DNA of 32,000 bases from Alkalilimnicola ehrlichii MLHE-1 (GTDB taxonomy: Bacteria; Pseudomonadota; Gammaproteobacteria; Nitrococcales; Halorhodospiraceae): NCBI RefSeq assembly GCF_000014785.1, contig NC_008340.1, forward strand, positions 1,950,001-1,982,000, in the 5' to 3' direction. Shown here piece by piece: positions 26,020 to 32,000 of this stretch (position 1 is its first letter; each line of letters starts with the position of its first letter). The notes beneath the pieces were generated by a model. That model did not search any database, was not told the DNA's origin, and saw only the letters and a list, made by a program, of their open reading frames with translations. The position numbers and the translations under genes are program-made.

Positions 26020-27741
26020 ATGGGTGCACCCACCGACATCGAGCCCTTCCGGCACCAATACCTGGATTACGACACCCTCACCGGGCAGTTGCAGCACTGG
26101 GCGTCGGCGCACCCGGAGGTGGCCCGCCTGGAGAGCCTGGGCACCAGCCCGGAGGGCCGCGAGATCTGGCTGCTCACCGTGGGCAGGCGGCCGGAGCGGT
26201 CGCGTCCCGCCGTCTGGGTGAACGGCAACATGCACGGTTCGGAGTTGGCCGGCTCCAGCGTGGCGCTGGCCGTGGCCGAGGCGGCCCTGCAACTCCACCT
26301 GAGCGGTGCCAACACCCACGGCGGACTGCTGCCCCATCTGGAGGAACAACTCCGCGGCGTGCTCTTCTACATCTGCCCGCGCGTCTCGCCCGACGGTGCG
26401 GAACAGGTGCTTCATCACGGCGGCTTCGTGCGCTCGGCACCCCGGCGCAGCCCCCACGCCCCCGACACCCCCCGTTGGGAACCGAGCGACTTGGACGGCG
26501 ATGGCCGCTGCCGCTATCTGCGGATGGAGGATCCGGCCGGGCCGTTCGTCGCCTCGCCCCGGCATGCCGGGCTGATGCTGCCCCGTGAACTGGACGACCC
26601 ACCCCCCTATTACCGCCTCTACCCGGAGGGGCTCATCCGTCACTGGGATGGCCACACCGTGCCGGAGCCGGAACCGTTGCGAGACACCCCCGATTTCAAC
26701 CGCAACTTTCCCTGGAACTGGCGGCCAGAGCCGGACCAGACCGGCGCTGGGCACTTTCCAGGCTCCGAGCCCGAGACCCACGCGGTGCTCGATTTCGCCA
26801 CCCGCCATCCCAACATCTACGCCTGGCTCGATCTACACACCTTCGGCGGGGTCTTCATCCGCCCGCTGACCGGCGCCCCGGACGCCGCCATGGACCAGGA
26901 TGACCTGGCGCTCTACCGCCAATTGGCCGCCTGGGGCGAAATGCTCACCGGCTATCCCACGGTCAGCGGCTTCGAGGAGTTCACCTACGAACCCGAGACC
27001 CCGCTTTACGGGGACCTGACCGACTTCGCCTATCACCAACGCGCCTGCCTGGCCCAGGTCTGTGAACTCTGGGACCTCTTCCGCCGGCTCGACCTGCCCC
27101 GCCCGAAACGCTTCGTGGACCTCTACACCAGCCTGCACCGTGGCGACATGGAACGGCTGGCCCAGTGGGATGCCGAGCACAACCGCCAACGGCTCTTCCG
27201 GCCCTGGTTGCCCCTCAAGCACCCGCAAATCGGGCCGGTAGAGGTTGGCGGGCTGGACCCCAGCATCGGCATCTGGAACCCGCCCCCCGAAGCGCTGCCC
27301 GACATCTGTGACGGCATCGCCACCTATTGGTTGCGGGCTGCCGCCCTGCTACCCCGACTGACTATCGCCGGGCTGGAATGCCGCCCGCTGGGGGACGACC
27401 ACTGGGAGATCATCGCGGTCGTGGCGAATCACGGCTACCTGCCCACCTACGGCGTAGCCGCCGGCCGCAGTCGGCCCTGGAACGACGGTGTGGAAACCGA
27501 ACTCTGGCTGGAGGGCTGTACCCTGACCGAGGGCCAGCCGGCCCGCCAAGCCCTTGGCCATCTCGACGGCTGGGGCCGCGGATTGGGGAACATGGCGCAC
27601 ATGCCCTGGTTCCAGCGCTCACGGGGCAGCAGCCATCAGGCCCGGGCACGCTGGGTGGTGCGGGGCCGGGGCACAGTCACGCTGAGCGTCCGAAGCACCC
27701 GGCTCGGGACCCTGGCACAGACCCGGCGACTCACCCCTTGA
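26020..27741 (+). CDS. M14 family zinc carboxypeptidase-like protein with a long C-terminal extension
   Basis: ATG at 26020 lies 6 nt after GGAG. It has the propeptide-less M14 N-terminus (YLDYDTLTGQLQHWASAHPEVARLESLGTSPEGREIWLLTV) and the zinc motif NMHGSELAG. The first 334 codons of track ORF 25018..27741 are antisense overlap. Confidence 0.8.
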   Translation: MGAPTDIEPFRHQYLDYDTLTGQLQHWASAHPEVARLESLGTSPEGREIWLLTVGRRPERSRPAVWVNGNMHGSELAGSSVALAVAEAALQLHLSGANTHGGLLPHLEEQLRGVLFYICPRVSPDGAEQVLHHGGFVRSAPRRSPHAPDTPRWEPSDLDGDGRCRYLRMEDPAGPFVASPRHAGLMLPRELDDPPPYYRLYPEGLIRHWDGHTVPEPEPLRDTPDFNRNFPWNWRPEPDQTGAGHFPGSEPETHAVLDFATRHPNIYAWLDLHTFGGVFIRPLTGAPDAAMDQDDLALYRQLAAWGEMLTGYPTVSGFEEFTYEPETPLYGDLTDFAYHQRACLAQVCELWDLFRRLDLPRPKRFVDLYTSLHRGDMERLAQWDAEHNRQRLFRPWLPLKHPQIGPVEVGGLDPSIGIWNPPPEALPDICDGIATYWLRAAALLPRLTIAGLECRPLGDDHWEIIAVVANHGYLPTYGVAAGRSRPWNDGVETELWLEGCTLTEGQPARQALGHLDGWGRGLGNMAHMPWFQRSRGSSHQARARWVVRGRGTVTLSVRSTRLGTLAQTRRLTP

Positions 27742-29158
27742 CGCAGATCAGCGGGCGCAGGTGCGCCACCCGGCGCGCCAGCCCCGCCCGTTCGGCGGCG
27801 ATCACCACCTGGTCCACATCCTTGTAGGCGCCCGGGGCCTCCTCCGCCACACCGCGCATCGAGGGACTGCGGATCAGGATCCCGCGTTCGGCCAGTTCGT
27901 CCACCACCTGGCGGCCGCGCCAGCGCTTCAGCGCCGCGCGCCGGGACATGGCCCGGCCGGCACCGTGGCAGGCGGAGGAGAAGGCCTTGTCGCCGGCCCC
28001 CGTGCCCACCAGGATGTGCGAGCCGGTGCCCATGCTGCCGCCGATCAGCACCGGCTGACCGACCCCACGCAGCGCCTCGGGCAGATCGGCGTGGGCCGGG
28101 CCAAAGGCCCGGGTGGCGCCCTTGCGGTGGACGAAAAGCCGGCGCGGCCGGCCATCCACGGTATGGGTCTCGACCTTGCAGGTGTTGTGCGAGACGTCGT
28201 AGAGCAGGTCCAGCGGATGGTCGGGGAAGAAACGGGCGAAGACCTCGCGGGCGAACTCCCCCAGGATCTGCCGGTTGGCCAGGGCGCAGTTAATGGCGCT
28301 GCGCATGGCCCCCAGGTAGCGCTCGCCGATGGGCGAGTGGATGGGGGCACAGGCCAGTTCCCGGTCCGGCAGGTGGATGCCAGCCTCGGCGGCGGCGGGC
28401 AGCATGTCACGCAGGAACTCGGTGCCGATCTGATGGCCCAGACCGCGCGAGCCGCAGTGAATGGTCACCACCACATCGCCCTCGGCCAGGCCGAGCACGG
28501 CCGCGGTATCCGGATCGTAGAGGGTCTCCACCGCCTGCACCTCCAGGTAGTGGTTGCCCGAGCCCAGAGTGCCCATCTCCCGGCGCTGGCGCTTCTTGGC
28601 CCGCTCGGACACGCAGTCGGGATCGGCCCCCTCCATCCGGCCCCGCTCCTCAATGCGCGCCAGGTCCTCGGCCCCGCCCCATCCCTTCTCCACCGCCCAG
28701 GCGGCGCCGCCGCGCAGCATGGCATCCATCTCCCGGCCCTGCAGGGTGATGCCGCTGTGGCTGCCGACCCCGGCGGGGATGCTCGACATCAGGGCATCGG
28801 CCAGGCGCTCCTGCACACGGCGCACCTCCGGCACCGTCAGCCCGGTGAGCAGGGTGCGCACCCCGCAGGAGACATCGAAGCCCACGCCGCCGGCGGACAC
28901 CACCCCGCCCTCATTCGGGTCGAAGGCGGCCACGCCGCCGATGGGAAAGCCATAGCCCCAGTGGGCGTCCGGCATCACGTAGGCGCCCTTGACGATACCG
29001 GGCAGCGAGGCGACGTTGGCGGTCTGCTCGGCCACCTTGTCGTCCATGGCCCGGATCAGCGTCTCGTCACCGTAGATGATGCCGGGCACCCGCATGGCGC
29101 CACTGGGCTCAATCTGCCAGCTCGTCTCGTCGATGCGGGTCAAACGTGAGGTATCCAT
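27731..29158 (-). CDS. rtcB: RNA-splicing ligase RtcB (3'-phosphate/5'-hydroxyl RNA ligase)
   Basis: ATG at 29158 follows GGAGG. It is RtcB-like along its full length (MPDAHWGYGFPIGGV, GVGFDVSCG, GSGNHYLE, HCGSRGLGHQ, HNT, the conserved His in CHGAGR, and the terminal ...ICVKG). Confidence 0.92.
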   Translation of the reverse strand: MDTSRLTRIDETSWQIEPSGAMRVPGIIYGDETLIRAMDDKVAEQTANVASLPGIVKGAYVMPDAHWGYGFPIGGVAAFDPNEGGVVSAGGVGFDVSCGVRTLLTGLTVPEVRRVQERLADALMSSIPAGVGSHSGITLQGREMDAMLRGGAAWAVEKGWGGAEDLARIEERGRMEGADPDCVSERAKKRQRREMGTLGSGNHYLEVQAVETLYDPDTAAVLGLAEGDVVVTIHCGSRGLGHQIGTEFLRDMLPAAAEAGIHLPDRELACAPIHSPIGERYLGAMRSAINCALANRQILGEFAREVFARFFPDHPLDLLYDVSHNTCKVETHTVDGRPRRLFVHRKGATRAFGPAHADLPEALRGVGQPVLIGGSMGTGSHILVGTGAGDKAFSSACHGAGRAMSRRAALKRWRGRQVVDELAERGILIRSPSMRGVAEEAPGAYKDVDQVVIAAERAGLARRVAHLRPLICVKG

Positions 29159-29188
29159 GACAGCCTCCGAGGTTTCGGGCTCCGCCGC

Positions 29189-29629
29189 TCAGACGTCCAC
29201 GACGCAGCCCGCTGTCCAACGCCCCTGCCGGTCGCGGCCGACGCTCAGGGCGGTGTAGGTGGCGCCTTTGGGCTCGCAGGCCGGGGCATGGCGGGCGCGG
29301 TCCACCGGCTCGCCCCACAGGCTGGCTTCCAACCGATCGCCCCGCAGCCGCACCGAGTAGTCGCCGAACAACAGACCGCCCACCGCCATCTCATAGATGA
29401 CGGCGTTCAGCCAGTCCACCAGCAACAGCTCCCTGTCCGGGGCCTGGCAGTGCACATCCACCCGCTCGCGGGCGGCCAGCGGGGCGTCGGTGACCACCCG
29501 GGTCAGCGCCACCGCCGCCTGCTCGAAGGCGGCCTCCGGGGTGGGGCCCCAGCCACACACCCGCACGTCGGCATCGTGCGGCTCCAACGCCCAGCCCCGC
29601 TCCGATTGCTCGCGCTGCGCCATGCTCAT
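29189..29629 (-). CDS. Archease (RtcB activator/chaperone family)
   Basis: ATG at 29629 lies 8 nt after AGGAGA. The protein is 146 aa with HDADVRVCGWGPTPEAAFEQAA, LLVDWLNAVIYE and the C-terminal KGATYTAL, typical of archease. It sits 30 nt upstream of rtcB. Confidence 0.8.
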   Translation of the reverse strand: MSMAQREQSERGWALEPHDADVRVCGWGPTPEAAFEQAAVALTRVVTDAPLAARERVDVHCQAPDRELLLVDWLNAVIYEMAVGGLLFGDYSVRLRGDRLEASLWGEPVDRARHAPACEPKGATYTALSVGRDRQGRWTAGCVVDV

Positions 29630-29820
29630 CGCGTCATTCTCCTGCACCGCGCCCTCCCGATCTAACCGATCCCGGACCGGGCCGGCCGTCCATGGAGGGC
29701 GGCCGGCGGCTCTTCTATAGTGGCGACAAGGGCCCGCACCTGGTGCCCGCCCCACGGCGTCCACGCCTTACCCCTTACCATGGCCGCAAAGCGCCATGAA
29801 TGCCAATGCGGAGTCCGAAC

Positions 29821-30417
29821 ATGCGCGCAAGATGGCTGCTTGCAGGCACCCTGGCCCTCGCCCTCGCGGGGTTCGCCGTTCTGTCGGCGCCCGCTGCTGA
29901 ACCCCGGGCCGGGCTGCGGGTGGATTACTCCCCATCCCCGGGCACCGCCCTCGCCGACCCGGCGCGGCAGCCGGTGGCGGCCCTGACCCGGGTGGATGCC
30001 AACTTCAACCGGCTGCGCCGCTACAGCACCGAGCTGACCCTGACCTACCCCGATGCCCCGGCCGGCGACAGCCGCCACACGGTGCGCATCCGGGTGGTCC
30101 GGGTACACCCCCATGTGGCCATCCACTACTTCAAGCGTGACCGTGACGCGTACATGTACCTGAACCACGGCCTGGACGACCGGGGCTACCGCTACTACCA
30201 CGCGGTGCAGTTCCCGGTGATCGGGATGAAGACCTACATTACCGAGCACGCCATGGACAATGACGGGGAGATCGCACCCCGCGAGCTCCTGGACGAGGAC
30301 GCCCGCCGCATCCTGGCGCTGCAGCTTTCCGAGATCGACCGCTACGGCGGCATCGCCGCCTATGCGGCCATGCTGGAGAAACGCGGCTACTTCCCGGCGA
30401 CGGGCCCGGGCATCTGA
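29821..30417 (+). CDS. Hypothetical exported protein with an EF-hand-like loop
   Basis: ATG at 29821 lies 7 nt after GGAG; the track start at 29800 is also an ATG. It has a signal peptide (MRARWLLAGTLALALAGFAVLSAPAAE). I recognised no family. The segment AMDNDGEIAPRE resembles a 12-residue EF-hand loop. Confidence 0.6.
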   Translation: MRARWLLAGTLALALAGFAVLSAPAAEPRAGLRVDYSPSPGTALADPARQPVAALTRVDANFNRLRRYSTELTLTYPDAPAGDSRHTVRIRVVRVHPHVAIHYFKRDRDAYMYLNHGLDDRGYRYYHAVQFPVIGMKTYITEHAMDNDGEIAPRELLDEDARRILALQLSEIDRYGGIAAYAAMLEKRGYFPATGPGI

Positions 30418-30476
30418 CAGGCCGCAATGAGGCGGCCGCAACGCCAGACGGGCAGGGACGACCACAGGGTGAGCCG

Positions 30477-31454
30477 ATGAAACTGTTCGCACTCAACGCC
30501 AGTCGGGATTTCGGTGCCCGCGTGGCCGAGGCCCTGGGATCGCCCCTGGCCGAGCACGAGGAGCGCGAGTTCGAGGACGGTGAGCACAAGGCGCGCCCGC
30601 TGACCGGCGTACGCGGCGAGGACGTCTACGTCCTGCAGAGCCTGCACGGCGACCCGGCGCAGGGGGTGAACGAGCGCCTGGCGCGCCTGCTGTTCTTTCT
30701 GGCCACCGTGCGCCAGGCCGGCGCGGCCCGGGTCACCGCCGTCATCCCCTACCTCGCCTACGCCCGCAAGGACCGCCAGACCAAGCCGCGCGACCCGGTC
30801 ACCACCCGCTACCTGGCGCAGTTGCTCGAGGCCATGGGCATCGACGCGGTGATCACCCTGGAGGTGCACAACCGGGCGGCCTTCCAGAACGCCTTCCGCT
30901 GCCAGGCCCATCCGCTGGACACCCGCCGCTTGTTCGCCGCCCACATCCGCGGGCGCTGCGAGAACGACCCGGTGGTGGTCGCCTCCCCCGACCCGGGCGG
31001 CGTCAAGCGCGCGCAGGGCTTTCAGGAGACCCTGGCCGCCCTGCTGGACCGGCCGGTGGGCGCGGCGTTCGTGGAGAAGCGGCGCAGCGAGGGGGTGGTG
31101 AGCGGTGAGGCCCTGGTGGGCGACGTGGCCGGGGCCTCGGTGTGGCTGATGGATGATCTGATCAGCAGCGGCGGTACCCTGGCCCGCGCCGCCGCGGCCT
31201 GCCGGCGTCAGGGCGCAGCGCGGGTGGTCGGGCTGGCCGCCCACGGGCTGTTCACCGGTGACGCCGGGCGGGTGCTCAGTGACTCCGCGCTGGAGCGGAT
31301 CCTCATCACCGACACCGTCCCCCCCGACCGCCTCGACCCCGCGGTGGCGGAGCAACGCCTGGAGATTGTCAGCGCCGCGCCGCTGTTCGCGGAGGCCATC
31401 CGCCGCACCCACAAGGGCGGCTCGCTCACCGAGTTGCTGGAGGGCCCAGGTTAG
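30477..31454 (+). CDS. Ribose-phosphate diphosphokinase (PRPP synthetase) family protein, divergent paralogue
   Basis: ATG at 30477. It carries the Prs-family motifs AVIPYLAYARKDR and the PRPP loop VWLMDDLISSGGTL. The N-terminal region is diverged from canonical gammaproteobacterial Prs. Confidence 0.8.
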   Translation: MKLFALNASRDFGARVAEALGSPLAEHEEREFEDGEHKARPLTGVRGEDVYVLQSLHGDPAQGVNERLARLLFFLATVRQAGAARVTAVIPYLAYARKDRQTKPRDPVTTRYLAQLLEAMGIDAVITLEVHNRAAFQNAFRCQAHPLDTRRLFAAHIRGRCENDPVVVASPDPGGVKRAQGFQETLAALLDRPVGAAFVEKRRSEGVVSGEALVGDVAGASVWLMDDLISSGGTLARAAAACRRQGAARVVGLAAHGLFTGDAGRVLSDSALERILITDTVPPDRLDPAVAEQRLEIVSAAPLFAEAIRRTHKGGSLTELLEGPG

Positions 31455-32000
31455 CCGCGGCCCTTTCAGCCAGGGACAGGTAGTCGGCGGCCAGCGGCAC
31501 CCACCGCTCCGGGCTGCGCGGGTCGGGTTCCAGCAGGTGGGCGAGCGCCAGGCGCGCCCGCAGGCAAGCCCGGTACGCAGTGTAGAAGGCCAGCAGCGGG
31601 GCGCCGGGGTGGTCATCCAGGGCCTCGCCGCACTGGCGGATCAGTCGCGGGCCGATCCAGGGCGCCCCCAGCCGGTCGCACTCCATACCCAGGAAGGCCA
31701 GCTCGTCGAAAGGGTCTACCTGACGGAGGGCAAGGCTGAACTCCAGGCCGTCGATCACTACCGGGGTATCACACAGGCAGACGTGCTCCGGGCGCAGATC
31801 GCCATGCCCCTCCACGATTCGCCCCGCCCGCGCCCTCTCACGCAGGGCCGGCGCCCCCGCCTCCAGCCACCGGTCCAGCGCGTCCAATACCCGCTGGAGG
31901 GCGCCTTTGGGCAGCGCGAAACGCGGGTCGGTGAGCACCGCCCGATTCCTCGCATGCTCGCCAGCGAAACGCTGCAGATACGTCTGCGGCGAGACCGGCT
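31426..32000 (-). CDS. Aminoglycoside-phosphotransferase-like (protein kinase-like fold) protein, C-terminal part; the 5' end lies beyond the window
   Basis: The frame stays open from 31938 to the right edge, and the track start there is an internal GTG. It has the catalytic-loop motif GHGDLRPEHV followed by IDGLEF. Its 3' end overlaps the Prs-like gene by 29 nt. Confidence 0.55.
   Translation of the reverse strand, partial: PVSPQTYLQRFAGEHARNRAVLTDPRFALPKGALQRVLDALDRWLEAGAPALRERARAGRIVEGHGDLRPEHVCLCDTPVVIDGLEFSLALRQVDPFDELAFLGMECDRLGAPWIGPRLIRQCGEALDDHPGAPLLAFYTAYRACLRARLALAHLLEPDPRSPERWVPLAADYLSLAERAAANLGPPATR

Noticed and set aside
29731-29750. Sigma-54 promoter upstream of archease-rtcB (minus strand GGGCACCAGGTGCGGG), as expected from the E. 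coli RtcR/sigma-54 paradigm.
   Set aside because: The GG to GC spacing is N8 instead of the invariant N10. There is no TTGC at -12, and no rtcR gene is in the window.
1-32000. I searched for tRNA/rRNA genes, CRISPR repeat arrays, IS elements, integrases, phage genes, toxin-antitoxin pairs and known defence-system hallmarks.
   Set aside because: None were found. The non-coding gaps are short (the largest is about 325 nt) and lack cloverleaf-type or regularly spaced repeat structure. Composition is uniformly GC-rich, with no island-like shift.

Overview
The window is GC-rich and gene-dense, with gammaproteobacterial core synteny (ftsK-lolA-rarA on the minus strand, aat-bpt on the plus strand).

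Left end: the 3' part of a nitrate-uptake ABC operon (nrtA fragment, nrtB, nrtD) runs directly into two siroheme-branch genes (cobA and a hemD-like gene). A convergent NIT+ANTAR antiterminator gene (nasR-like) faces it. Its upstream region has a well-spaced sigma-54 promoter and upstream dyads.

Middle: an MliC-like lipoprotein, rarA, lolA, ftsK, then aat-bpt. These are followed by a tightly packed minus-strand array of aidB, a CysK-like PLP enzyme, a PaaI thioesterase and an RNase Z-like MBL hydrolase. The last gene is split between two reading frames at a G7 homopolymer.

Right half: about 10 kb is unusually rich in enzymes that make or cleave amide bonds. It holds two ATP-grasp ligases, a GNAT, an M20 peptidase, an S15 CocE/NonD hydrolase, a class II amidotransferase and an M14 peptidase, plus one HI0933-type flavoprotein. 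After that come archease-rtcB, an exported protein with an EF-hand-like loop, a divergent PRPP-synthetase paralogue and a partial APH-like kinase that runs off the right edge.

I saw no rRNA, tRNA, CRISPR array, transposase, integrase or recognisable defence genes. I cannot point to a clear-cut novel system. The most suggestive candidate is the ligase/peptidase concentration at 17.3-27.7 kb, and that rests on inference only.

The ORF track writes M for GTG and TTG starts, and several track ORFs carry spurious N-terminal extensions. I trimmed those using ATG and Shine-Dalgarno context.
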